Source: Ruminococcus sp. UBA1780 (lineage in GTDB: Bacteria > Bacillota > Clostridia > Oscillospirales > Ruminococcaceae). From it: a stretch of 53,458 nucleotides of DNA. Location of the stretch: positions 1 to 53,458 of the forward strand of contig DCGK01000095.1 of NCBI GenBank assembly GCA_002315235.1. Direction: 5' to 3'. A model generated the notes under the pieces. The model worked only from the letters and a program-made list of their open reading frames with translations. It did not search any database and was not told the DNA's origin. The position numbers and the translations under genes were made by a program. Of this stretch, positions 39,270 to 48,387 are shown piece by piece (within the stretch, counting starts at the first letter, position 1; the number at the start of each line of letters is the position of its first letter).

Positions 39270-42200
39270 ACTGCATGGCTTCAAGTCCTTTCCGGATAAG
39301 GTTACGCTTACCTTTGACAAGGGACTTACAGGTGTAGTAGGGCCTAACGGCAGCGGAAAAAGTAATATAGGTGACGCGGTAAGGTGGGTTCTCGGCGAAC
39401 AGTCGACAAAGACACTCCGCGGAAACAAAATGGAAGATGTTATTTTTTCCGGTACTACAGCGAGAAAACCGGCTGGATTTGCGTCAGTTACGCTTACGAT
39501 TGACAACAGCACCGGTGAACTGAATCATGATGACAGCGAGGTTGCCGTTACACGTAAGATTTACCGTAACGGGGACAGTGAATACAAAATAAACGGTAAA
39601 ACCGTCAGACTCAGGGATATCAATGAACTTTTCATGGATACCGGACTTGGCCGTGACGGTTATTCAATTATCGGACAGGGACGTATTGCGGAAATTGTCG
39701 GTGCCAAGAGTACTGAACGACGTGATATCTTTGAGGAGGCTGCCGGTATTTCAAAATTCCGCTACAGAAAGGCGGAAGCCCAGAGAAAGCTTGCGCAGGC
39801 CCAGGAAAATCTCAATCGTCTCATGGACATTGTTACAGAGCTTGAATCCCGTGTTGAACCTCTGAGAAAGCAGTCAGAAAAAGCAGAAAAATTTCTTGTT
39901 CTTGCTGACAGCAGAAAGACTCTCGAGATTTCACTATGGGTTCATGACCTTGATGAGCTTTCAGAATCTCTTAAAAAGCTTTCCGAGGATTCACTTATCT
40001 ACACGGCTCAGTATGAAAATATTGAGAGTCAGATTGAACGTGAGGAGCAGGAAATACAGGCAGCTTATGACAAGATGAGGGAGATTTCAGTCAAGATAGA
40101 AGAGTACAGGCAGCTCATTCTTGATACGGAAAAGGAATCTTCAGACGTCAGGTCAGCAATTGCCGTATGCGAAAATGATATTCGTCACAGCGAAAGCATT
40201 ATCCAGTCTGTTAAGGACAGACAGAATGATGAGGAAAACTCAAGAAAAGCAATTTTTGAAAAGATTGACGAACTTAAGCAGAAGCTTGCTGAAAATGAAA
40301 GCAGGGTCACTGAAACAGAAAAGGAACTTGAATCCACAGAAAACAGCTTTAACGACATCAAACGTGAAGCCAGTGAGGCTGAAAAGAATTTCGGTGACGG
40401 TGAAAGTGAAATAAACGGGCTGTACAAGAAGCAGAGTGAACTCAGACTCAGCATTGCCGCTTCCGAGTCGAAAAAGGATGAAACAGCAAAACAGCTTGAG
40501 AACATTAATTCGCAGCTTGAGGAATTTAACCGGACTGTTGAGGGCTATGAGGAGGAAATCCGTTCAAACAGGGAGACTCTTGCTCTTATTGAGGATAAGG
40601 AAAAGGAATCAGAAAACAGGCTCGCAGGTCTTTCCATGGTCTATAAAAAGAAAAAGTCCGCATTTGATGAGAAAAAGCAGCTTTTTGAGGACCTTTCACT
40701 TCAGATGAAGGAAAAGCAGCAGAGAGAGAAGCTTCTTACTGACCTCGAAAACAGTATGGAGGGCTTCAACTACAGCGTAAAGGAAATACTTAAGGCTCAG
40801 AAAAATCAGCGTATTTCCGGAATTTACGGTACAGTTGCCCAGCTTATCACAGTAGAAGGCGAGTATACCACTGCCATTGAAACAGCTCTCGGCGGTGCGC
40901 TGCAGAACATTATCGTAAAAAACGAGGATACTGCCAAGAGATGTATTGCGCTCCTCAGGGAACTCAGAAAGGGACGAGCAACATTTCTGCCGGTAACTTC
41001 GGTTAAGCCGTACGAGTTCCATGACAACGGCGTGAGAAATGAAAACGGATTTGTGGCCCTCGGTGATGAGATAGTAACCTGTGACAGCGAATTTAAAAAG
41101 ATTATGAGTAATCTGCTTGGCAGAACAGTAATTGCCGAGGACATAGACTACGCGTCTGTAATTGCAAAAAAATACGGCTACAAATTCCGTATAGTAACTC
41201 TTGACGGTCAGGTAATCAACGCCGGCGGTTCATTCACAGGTGGTTCGGCAGTTCAGTCAAGCGGTGTGCTCTCAAGGAAAAATGAAATAAATGAGCTTAC
41301 AGAGAAGATAAAGGAACTTGAAGGACTGACTGCTTCGGCAAGGGATGAAGCACAGAAGATAAAGACGGAAGCCGAGAAAATCCGCCTTGATACCGAGGCT
41401 GAAAATGAATCAAAGCAGAAGCTCAGTGAGGATATAATCAGATTCAGATCCGAGATAAGAAGTCTCGAATCAATTATGCAGCAGGCTGACCAGCAGAACA
41501 GAAACTACAGGGAAAGCCGTGAGAGGCTTGAAAAAAGTCTTGCTGAGTCAGATGAACTTCACAGAACCGCATCTGAGGAGCTTGAAAAGCTTAATGCGGA
41601 AATTGAAACGGCGCAGTCAAAGATTGACTCGCAGCAGAGTCTCAGAGAGAACCTTGTAAACCAGAGACAGACACTTTCCGATAAGCTTTATCAGCTGAGA
41701 CTTCAGAAGATGGAAGCTGAAAAGTCATGCGACGCTGTTAAGCTTGAAATAAGTCACTGTGAAAGTGACGCTGCAAATCTTGACCAGAATTCAAAACAGC
41801 TTAATGCCCAGATTGCCGAGAATGAAAAGATAATTGAAGGCAAGCGCGCAGAAATTGAAAAGCACAGGGCTGAGCTTGAGAATGCAGCCGGCAAGACAGA
41901 GGTATACAAAAACAGCATTACAGCATCGTCAGATATGCACAACCGGTTTGAGCAGAGTATTACAGAAAAGCGGGCTGCTCTTAAGCGTGTTAATGAAGAC
42001 AAGGAACGTGTCTCACGTGAGATGTCCAGATTTGACGAGAAAAAGATAAATACTCAGCGCGACTATGATACAATCATTTCACGCATGTGGGAAAACTATG
42101 AGCTTACACGAAGTGAAGCGGAGCAGATTTCCGTTGCTCTTGACAATGTTCCTGACGCTCAGAAGAAGCTTGCTGATATCAAAAACTCCATCAGGGCACT

Positions 42201-42816
42201 TGGCAACATCAACGTTGCTGCCATTGAGGAATACAAGGAAGTATCGGAACGATACGGATTTCTTTCAGAACAGCTCAGAGATGTCGAAACATCCAAGCGT
42301 GAGCTTGAAAAGCTCATTGAAGAGCTTACGACCGACATGCAGAGAATTTTTGCAGAGAGCTTTGCACAGATCAATAAAAACTTCAGGGAAATCTTCGTTG
42401 ATCTTTTCGGCGGAGGCAAGGCAGACCTTGAACTTACTGATCCGGACAATATTCTTGAGTCCGGTATCGAAATCAAAGTTGCTCCTCCGGGCAAGGTAAT
42501 CAAAAATCTTATCTCGCTTTCAGGCGGAGAGCAGGCCTTTGTTGCTATTGCGATTTACTTTGCAATCCTCAGAATCAAGCCTGCACCGTTCTGCATCCTT
42601 GACGAAATAGACGCGGCCCTTGATGAAGTAAACGTAAGAAAGTACGCTTTCTATCTCAAAAACTTTGTCAGCACAACACAGTTCATCCTCGTTACCCACA
42701 GAAGAGGTACAATGGAGCTTGCAAATGTCCTTTACGGTGTTACAATGCAGCATAACGGTGAGTCAAAGCTTCTTAAAATGAATCAGGTTGATATTCCTGA
42801 TGAAAATATTCAGTAA
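39250..42816 (+). CDS. smc: Chromosome segregation protein SMC
   Basis: GPNGSGKSN, coiled coils, hinge GRATFLP / GGSFTGG, LSGGE, LDEIDAALD. Confidence 0.98.
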   Translation: MYLKSLELHGFKSFPDKVTLTFDKGLTGVVGPNGSGKSNIGDAVRWVLGEQSTKTLRGNKMEDVIFSGTTARKPAGFASVTLTIDNSTGELNHDDSEVAVTRKIYRNGDSEYKINGKTVRLRDINELFMDTGLGRDGYSIIGQGRIAEIVGAKSTERRDIFEEAAGISKFRYRKAEAQRKLAQAQENLNRLMDIVTELESRVEPLRKQSEKAEKFLVLADSRKTLEISLWVHDLDELSESLKKLSEDSLIYTAQYENIESQIEREEQEIQAAYDKMREISVKIEEYRQLILDTEKESSDVRSAIAVCENDIRHSESIIQSVKDRQNDEENSRKAIFEKIDELKQKLAENESRVTETEKELESTENSFNDIKREASEAEKNFGDGESEINGLYKKQSELRLSIAASESKKDETAKQLENINSQLEEFNRTVEGYEEEIRSNRETLALIEDKEKESENRLAGLSMVYKKKKSAFDEKKQLFEDLSLQMKEKQQREKLLTDLENSMEGFNYSVKEILKAQKNQRISGIYGTVAQLITVEGEYTTAIETALGGALQNIIVKNEDTAKRCIALLRELRKGRATFLPVTSVKPYEFHDNGVRNENGFVALGDEIVTCDSEFKKIMSNLLGRTVIAEDIDYASVIAKKYGYKFRIVTLDGQVINAGGSFTGGSAVQSSGVLSRKNEINELTEKIKELEGLTASARDEAQKIKTEAEKIRLDTEAENESKQKLSEDIIRFRSEIRSLESIMQQADQQNRNYRESRERLEKSLAESDELHRTASEELEKLNAEIETAQSKIDSQQSLRENLVNQRQTLSDKLYQLRLQKMEAEKSCDAVKLEISHCESDAANLDQNSKQLNAQIAENEKIIEGKRAEIEKHRAELENAAGKTEVYKNSITASSDMHNRFEQSITEKRAALKRVNEDKERVSREMSRFDEKKINTQRDYDTIISRMWENYELTRSEAEQISVALDNVPDAQKKLADIKNSIRALGNINVAAIEEYKEVSERYGFLSEQLRDVETSKRELEKLIEELTTDMQRIFAESFAQINKNFREIFVDLFGGGKADLELTDPDNILESGIEIKVAPPGKVIKNLISLSGGEQAFVAIAIYFAILRIKPAPFCILDEIDAALDEVNVRKYAFYLKNFVSTTQFILVTHRRGTMELANVLYGVTMQHNGESKLLKMNQVDIPDENIQ

Positions 42817-42820
42817 AATA

Positions 42821-42865
42821 AACAGCACATCAGAGATTCATGTTTAACTCTGATGTGCTGTTTTT
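42821..42865 (+). terminator. Intrinsic terminator after smc
   Basis: AACAGCACATCAGAG / CTCTGATGTGCTGTT-TTT. Confidence 0.8.
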
Positions 42866-42927
42866 ACGGTAAACGGAAAATACAGTGACCGAAAAGAAGC
42901 CTGATTATCTGTATTTCCGGAAAACGG

Positions 42928-45066
42928 TTATGGCATACGGATTTCGATAATACCTGATGGATATCCGCAGTTTTCAATGTACCATGTCCGGTTTTCACTG
43001 TCGTATCCGAAATCACCCAGTGAATTTATATTCATACCGCCTGCCGCTTCCTTCAGATGAATTTTTCCGAAGTCAAGTACGGTATCATATTTATCCGGAT
43101 TTTCTATATCCTTTACGCCGTATATTCCTTCAGTGCTGATATAGTAAAACGCATATTCTCCCGCTCCCGGTTTGCAGTACTGTGAATAGACAAACGGTGC
43201 ACCTGTGATATCAATCTGCTTCACGTCCTCTCCGCTGCTGGTCATTTCGTATGCAAGATAACGGCTTATGCCTCCGTAAATATTATCATATTTCAGAACT
43301 GCAATAACCCTGTTTTCAGACAGTGTAAAAATATTATGAATGTAGTATCCCTGTTTAAGCTTAACGGTATTTACGATATTACCTTTTCTGTCGGATATCA
43401 GTAAAGCAGGATATTCCATAAGTCCGCTTTCCCTGTTCCGGACTGCTGAGGCAAACAGAAAATATTCATCCGTTACGCAGAAGCTCTTCAGCATGCTTCC
43501 GTATGGTACTGAAAGCGGAATCTGTCCGGAAATGCCTGTCTCCGGGTCGGTTTCAGTAACCGAATAGCATTCATAGTCGTTTTCGTATGAGCAGCGTTCG
43601 GTTTCACTCAGTGAGTATATATGTCCGTTATGGATTATATCGCTGCTGCGCTGATACATATTTGCCTGAATTACTGTCTGAATTACATAATTTTCTGTTT
43701 CAGATTTAACAGCTTTCATGGCAGTATCGGTGCAGAATTTCTTTGATGTGAAATAACCGTGCTGTACGGTGAATGCTTTGTCAGAAATTTCGAACAGGCC
43801 GTCAGTAGTGGCTGCTGATGATAAATGTATTATTTCAGTTTCGTCCGTGTCAGTGTTATATGCACTGATTTCAGTGCCGTCAGATGTATAGTAGCCGTAT
43901 TTACCGCCGGTGCTGAAGCACGGTATCTGGCTGAGTTCTTTATTATACTGACCTTCGTAAATGAAATTCTCCGATTCATCAAGTGACCATATCTCAGTTG
44001 ACAGGTCGTAGTCATTGTTAAATCCTTTGCAGCTAAACAGATATATTTTACCGTTTCTTATTTTAATGCTTTTAACTGAGTGCTTGTCATCAGAAAGAGT
44101 GATGATGTTTTTTATTTTCATATTCCGGTCAAGTATTACGGCATCAGTGCACTGTGTATCCTTCAGCTGGGAATGCTTTTCTGTTGCCGCTATAAGGATA
44201 TCGCCGGAATCAAGAATGCTGATATCTTCTGCCGTTTCATATTTTAAACCGTATTCAGACAGATTAAACGTTTCTTCAGAGGAAACCGATATCCGGGTTT
44301 CCGGACTGCTGTGTCCGCTGTCGGCAGGAATTTCATACACATCACTGTCCAGCGGAATCCTGTGGAGTATCAGGTCGTACCGGCTTCCGTATGCGTTTGC
44401 ATCCGATTCCGATTCGACAAGATAAAGACAGCCATCGCTTAAAGTAAACACCGGATTTCCGTTGCTGCTTCTGAATGTATAATCTATCACAAGTTCACTG
44501 TTATATACATGCACTGACCAGTAATTGTCAAATTCTGAATACGAAAGTACTGCTGTCCGGTCACCGTACTGTACAGCCTTTTTTATATTTGTAAGAAGAT
44601 TACCTGAACTGTAACGGAATTCAGGTGCTTCAGTATCTTCCGATGCCGGAACAAGTCTGCTTTCCTCTCTGTGCTTCGTTTTTATGAAGTAATTCCTTTC
44701 TGTAACGGAACCGGTCAGACTGAAGCTTTCCGAAGGACCGGAACTGTAACGGTGTATTCTGATATCTGGTTGTTCTGAAGTCTGTTCATGTGAAACTGTT
44801 CCCGGTATATCGCTGAGAGCGCTGTTCTCATTTTCATTTTTGTTTGCGTATGATGCGGAAGCAATGGTAACTGCGATTGCTGCGGCGACTGCAGCCGGAT
44901 AGAAAATGTTCTTAAGGCTGAATCTTTTTTCCTCATAGCAGTGTACAGCTATTTTTTCAGATGACATTTCATTTTCTTTCTGCAGTATTTTCTCAAAAAG
45001 AGTGTCCCTCTGTTCGTCTGACATTTTTACAGTATCAATTGCTCTGAAATATTTTTCGTCCTGCAT
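42928..45066 (-). CDS. Putative anti-sigma factor with one TM and large extracellular beta-rich domain
   Basis: Overlaps ECF sigma 3' end; short cytoplasmic N-terminus (YFRAIDTVKMSDE), TM AAVAAAIAVTIAS, about 630 aa aromatic/beta-rich ectodomain. Confidence 0.65.
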   Translation of the reverse strand: MQDEKYFRAIDTVKMSDEQRDTLFEKILQKENEMSSEKIAVHCYEEKRFSLKNIFYPAAVAAAIAVTIASASYANKNENENSALSDIPGTVSHEQTSEQPDIRIHRYSSGPSESFSLTGSVTERNYFIKTKHREESRLVPASEDTEAPEFRYSSGNLLTNIKKAVQYGDRTAVLSYSEFDNYWSVHVYNSELVIDYTFRSSNGNPVFTLSDGCLYLVESESDANAYGSRYDLILHRIPLDSDVYEIPADSGHSSPETRISVSSEETFNLSEYGLKYETAEDISILDSGDILIAATEKHSQLKDTQCTDAVILDRNMKIKNIITLSDDKHSVKSIKIRNGKIYLFSCKGFNNDYDLSTEIWSLDESENFIYEGQYNKELSQIPCFSTGGKYGYYTSDGTEISAYNTDTDETEIIHLSSAATTDGLFEISDKAFTVQHGYFTSKKFCTDTAMKAVKSETENYVIQTVIQANMYQRSSDIIHNGHIYSLSETERCSYENDYECYSVTETDPETGISGQIPLSVPYGSMLKSFCVTDEYFLFASAVRNRESGLMEYPALLISDRKGNIVNTVKLKQGYYIHNIFTLSENRVIAVLKYDNIYGGISRYLAYEMTSSGEDVKQIDITGAPFVYSQYCKPGAGEYAFYYISTEGIYGVKDIENPDKYDTVLDFGKIHLKEAAGGMNINSLGDFGYDSENRTWYIENCGYPSGIIEIRMP

Positions 45067-45553
45067 TACTGTTCTCCTCCTGTCTGATTATTTTTTTCAG
45101 CTGTTCTCTTGCACGGTTCATCCGGGTTCTGACCGTGCTTTCATTTTTCTCAAGCATTTTCGCAATTTCCACGGTCGAATATCCTTCATAATAAAACAGA
45201 TATATGAGGTCTCTGTATTTGTCTTTCAGCTTCATTACGGCTTCCAGGATGTCTCCGTACGGATTGTCGCTCAGAAATTCACATGTCAGTTCAGGAAATC
45301 CTTCCGTTCGTTCTCTGTTCCACCAGCTCCGCAAAATATCGCGGCAGTGATTTCTTGCCGTTACAATAAACCACGCTTTTTCATGCTCACTGTTCTGAAA
45401 CTCAGGCTTCAGCATGCAGTATTTCAGAAAAACACTCTGAACGGCATCTTCAGCATCGCTTTTGTTCCTCAGATGAAGAAAAGCGATTTTGTATACGGAA
45501 TCCGAATTTCGGTAATATATCTCCCGGAATCCGTCTCTGTCCTTATCGTTCAT
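45035..45553 (-). CDS. ECF-family RNA polymerase sigma factor
   Basis: DAEDAVQSVFLK, KAWFIVTARNHCRD, LFYYEGYSTVEIAKML..STVRTRMNRAR; ATG 45553 after GGAGGT. Confidence 0.92.
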   Translation of the reverse strand: MNDKDRDGFREIYYRNSDSVYKIAFLHLRNKSDAEDAVQSVFLKYCMLKPEFQNSEHEKAWFIVTARNHCRDILRSWWNRERTEGFPELTCEFLSDNPYGDILEAVMKLKDKYRDLIYLFYYEGYSTVEIAKMLEKNESTVRTRMNRAREQLKKIIRQEENSNAGRKIFQSN

Positions 45554-45640
45554 GGAATACCTCCTTCGTATATCATACTGTAAATGCAGTATCAATTGCG
45601 TTCACTGAAATAACTGATTTTCTGCTTTTACTATAAATTA

Positions 45641-45666
45641 TACGATTAAACATCATGTTTTGTCCC
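45641..45666 (-). promoter_or_regulatory. Putative ECF (autoregulatory) promoter
   Basis: Minus strand GGGACA-16bp-CGTA, resembling SigV/SigW-type architecture. Confidence 0.45.
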
Positions 45667-45730
45667 GTTTTCAGAAAAAATTTTTCCATCAGATTTTTCA
45701 TCAGATAATACATTGCCATAAAACGGAAAT

Positions 45731-45817
45731 AAAAATCCTGATTTCGTGATAAATCAGCACTTCAAAAATCCCGATTTCGTGATAATTCCGGGTTGAAAAA
45801 ATCCCGATTTCGTGATA
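45731..45817 (+). repeat. Three 21-bp direct repeats at 33-bp period
   Basis: AAAAATCC(T/C)GATTTCGTGATA at 45731, 45764, 45797 with two different 12-bp spacers. Confidence 0.95.
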
Positions 45818-45821
45818 TTAT
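45793..45821 (+). promoter_or_regulatory. SigA promoter of ATPase gene overlapping repeat 3
   Basis: TTGAAA-17bp-TATTAT with extended -10 TG. Confidence 0.65.
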
Positions 45822-45860
45822 AAGATTATTGTGAAAAATACTGAGCTCCGGGAGGTATAT

Positions 45861-47213
45861 ATGAAGCGAAAAATTTATGATAAAATGCTTGAATGGAAAC
45901 AAAGATCTTCAGGAAGAACTGCGTTACTGATTGACGGCGCCAGACGTGTCGGGAAAAGCTACATCGCCAGACAGTTTGCGGAATCTGAATACAGAAGCTA
46001 TATCATGATTGATTTCGGACGTGCGCCGGAGGAAATCAAAAGCCTGTTTTACAATTACCTCAACAGTCTTGATGAACTGTTTATGTATCTTTCGAATTAT
46101 TACGGTGTAAAGCTGTACGAGCGGGAAAGCCTTGTGATTCTGGATGAGATACAGCTTTGTCCCAAAGCAAGGTCTGCAATAAAATATCTGGTTGAGGACG
46201 GAAGATTTGATTATCTTGAGACCGGATCACTGATGTCAATAAAGAAAAATGTGAGAGATATCCTTATTCCGTCAGAAGAGGAGCATATCAGGATGTATCC
46301 TCTTGACTTTGAGGAGTTTTTATGGGCACTTGACAATGACATGCTTATGCCGTTTATAAAAGCATGTTTTGAGAAGACAAAACCTCTTGGACAGGCGATG
46401 CACAGAAAATCCATGGACTACTTCAGACAGTATATGATTGTCGGTGGAATGCCGCAGGCAGTTGCTGCATACGCAGAAACAAAAAGCTTTGATGATGTTG
46501 ACAGAATTAAGCGTGCAATACTTGAACTGTACAGGGCAGATATAGTAAAGCATGCTGAAGGTTATGAGATGAAGGTTGAGCAGATATTTGATGATATTCC
46601 TTCACAGCTTCAGAAACATGAGAAAAAATTTAAATTTTCTTCTCTCAGTAAAAATGCAAGATTCAGAGAATATGAAGACGCCCTGTTCTGGCTTTCTGAT
46701 GCTATGATTACAAATCCGTGCTATAATTCAACGTCACCTGAAATAGGGCTTAAACTCAATATGGACCGACTTACTATGAAATGTTATATGGCCGACACAG
46801 GGCTTCTTATCAGTCATGCATTTGATGAAAACGGACTTGTGAGTGAAGAAATATACAGAAAACTGCTTTTTGATAAACTGGAAGTAAACAAAGGCATGAT
46901 AGTTGAAAATATAGTTGCTCAGATGTTGGCAGCAGGCGGACATAAACTGTATTTTTACTCAAATCCGTCAAAAGATGATGCTTCATCGCGTATGGAGATA
47001 GATTTTCTGATTGCAAAGAGCAAAATAAGCAACCGTCATAATGTTTCACCGATAGAAGTGAAATCAGGAAGTAACTATACCATTAAATCTCTGAAAAAGT
47101 TCATTGCCAGATACAGCGAGCAGACGCATATTCCTTATGTTATTCACACGGGGGATCTGAAGTCTGAGGACGGAATACTATACATCCCGCTGTATATGAC
47201 ACCTTGTCTGTAA
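45861..47213 (+). CDS. AAA+ ATPase with C-terminal PD-(D/E)xK-like domain (AAA_14 + DUF4143-like)
   Basis: Walker A GARRVGKS, Walker B VILDEIQ, TGS, MYPLDFEEFL, VGGMP, KCYMADTGLL, EIDFLI..PIEVKSG; ATG after GGAGGT. Confidence 0.88.
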   Translation: MKRKIYDKMLEWKQRSSGRTALLIDGARRVGKSYIARQFAESEYRSYIMIDFGRAPEEIKSLFYNYLNSLDELFMYLSNYYGVKLYERESLVILDEIQLCPKARSAIKYLVEDGRFDYLETGSLMSIKKNVRDILIPSEEEHIRMYPLDFEEFLWALDNDMLMPFIKACFEKTKPLGQAMHRKSMDYFRQYMIVGGMPQAVAAYAETKSFDDVDRIKRAILELYRADIVKHAEGYEMKVEQIFDDIPSQLQKHEKKFKFSSLSKNARFREYEDALFWLSDAMITNPCYNSTSPEIGLKLNMDRLTMKCYMADTGLLISHAFDENGLVSEEIYRKLLFDKLEVNKGMIVENIVAQMLAAGGHKLYFYSNPSKDDASSRMEIDFLIAKSKISNRHNVSPIEVKSGSNYTIKSLKKFIARYSEQTHIPYVIHTGDLKSEDGILYIPLYMTPCL

Positions 47214-47257
47214 AAAAAAGTGGCATCAGTAAGTCTTTGACCTACTGATGCAATTGA

Positions 47258-47295
47258 AAAGCAGGAGCTGCCGGATGCAGCCCTGCTTGTTTTTT
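47258..47295 (+). terminator. Intrinsic terminator after ATPase gene
   Basis: AAGCAGG-GCTGC / GCAGC-CCTGCTT followed by T run. Confidence 0.65.
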
Positions 47296-47427
47296 GCCGA
47301 ATTTCACGGTTTAATCAGTATAGTATTTTATGATGTGAAAATTTGGTTCGATTGATGTATATGTTTTCAGAAGCTATATGTGCAAATTGCTGAAATTGAA
47401 GTTTGAGTTACATTTCTGAAATTAATG

Positions 47428-47473
47428 ATTCCGGGTTGAAAAAATTCCGGTTTCGTGATATCATAAAATTATT
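47428..47473 (+). promoter_or_regulatory. Duplicate of ATPase promoter upstream of MNT-HEPN pair
   Basis: 42/46 identity to 45785-45830; TTGAAA-17bp-TATCAT. Confidence 0.85.
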
Positions 47474-47488
47474 ACATAACGGAAGCAG

Positions 47489-47791
47489 GTGCCGGCTGAT
47501 TTGAAATACAATTTACCAGACAGAGTTTTCAGAGAAATAACAAACTTTTCACTCAGACACAATATATCAAAGGTAATACTTTTTGGTTCCAGAGCCAGGG
47601 GTACAAACTCGGAGAGAAGCGATATTGATATTGCGGTCAGTGGCGGAGATTTCGAAAGTTTTTACTGGGATATAAAAGAAAATGTTCATTCCCTGCTTAT
47701 GTTTGACATAGTTGAACTCGACAGAGGTATTTCAGAAGAACTTAAAAATGAAATTGAAAAAGACGGTGTAGTAATATATGAAAAAATATGA
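47489..47791 (+). CDS. Minimal nucleotidyltransferase (MNT) antitoxin
   Basis: VILFGSRARG..SDIDIAV (GSx10DxD) and FDIV; start could be TTG 47501. Confidence 0.9.
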   Translation: MPADLKYNLPDRVFREITNFSLRHNISKVILFGSRARGTNSERSDIDIAVSGGDFESFYWDIKENVHSLLMFDIVELDRGISEELKNEIEKDGVVIYEKI

Positions 47792-48179
47792 TAATTTTGT
47801 AAGATGTCTTGAAGTACTTTCATCTGCTGATTTTCATCTTGCAGATGAGAATGAAATTTACAGGACAGGAGTAATAGGTCAGTTTAATCTGACTTTTGAA
47901 CTTGCATGGAAAGCACTTCAGGCAGTTTTAATGCTTCATGGCGCGTCGGAAGCAGAAAGCGGTTCGCCGAGAGAAATTCTGCAAACCGGATACAAATATG
48001 GATTTATACATGATTCAGCGATGTGGCTTACTATGCTGAAAAAACGTAACACATCAGTTCATATATACAACGAAGACGAAATTGATGAAATGCTTCTTCT
48101 CATAAAAAACAGTTTTATTCCCGAGTTTATACAGCTTTCAGAAATGCTCAGTAAAAAGCTTGAAAAAATTGATTTATGA
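47778..48179 (+). CDS. HEPN protein (HI0074-like), putative RNase toxin
   Basis: GVIGQFNLTFELAWK, SPREIL, RNTSVHIY (Rx4HxY); overlaps MNT stop. Confidence 0.88.
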   Translation: MKKYDNFVRCLEVLSSADFHLADENEIYRTGVIGQFNLTFELAWKALQAVLMLHGASEAESGSPREILQTGYKYGFIHDSAMWLTMLKKRNTSVHIYNEDEIDEMLLLIKNSFIPEFIQLSEMLSKKLEKIDL

Positions 48180-48255
48180 GCATAACAACAAAGAGCTTTG
48201 AATAGCACAGGGTTTTGAAACTGTGTTTTCGCGCTTTGTGCTCTGTGGAGTAAAA

Positions 48256-48387
48256 TATAGTGAACGCAAAAAAAAATTTTACGTTCACTATAATTATTTT
48301 ATTTTTATTGCCTTGCACATCCGATGACTACGTCATCTCCGTGCATATCGGCTAATTGTAAACGCATTTATTTAATGCGTTTACAAT
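48256..48387. repeat. Cluster of palindromic elements
   Basis: TATAGTGAACG..CGTTCACTATA (48256-48292), GATGAC-TAC-GTCATC (48323-48337), ATTGTAAACGCAT..ATGCGTTTACAAT (48355-48387). Confidence 0.75.

Noticed and set aside
45002-45583. 193-aa ORF antisense to the ECF sigma gene
   Set aside because: Fully overlaps a well-supported gene; no motifs
45731-45817. Repeat-spacer array as a mini-CRISPR
   Set aside because: Repeats are 21 bp and spacers only 12 bp, no cas genes nearby, and the third repeat overlaps a promoter
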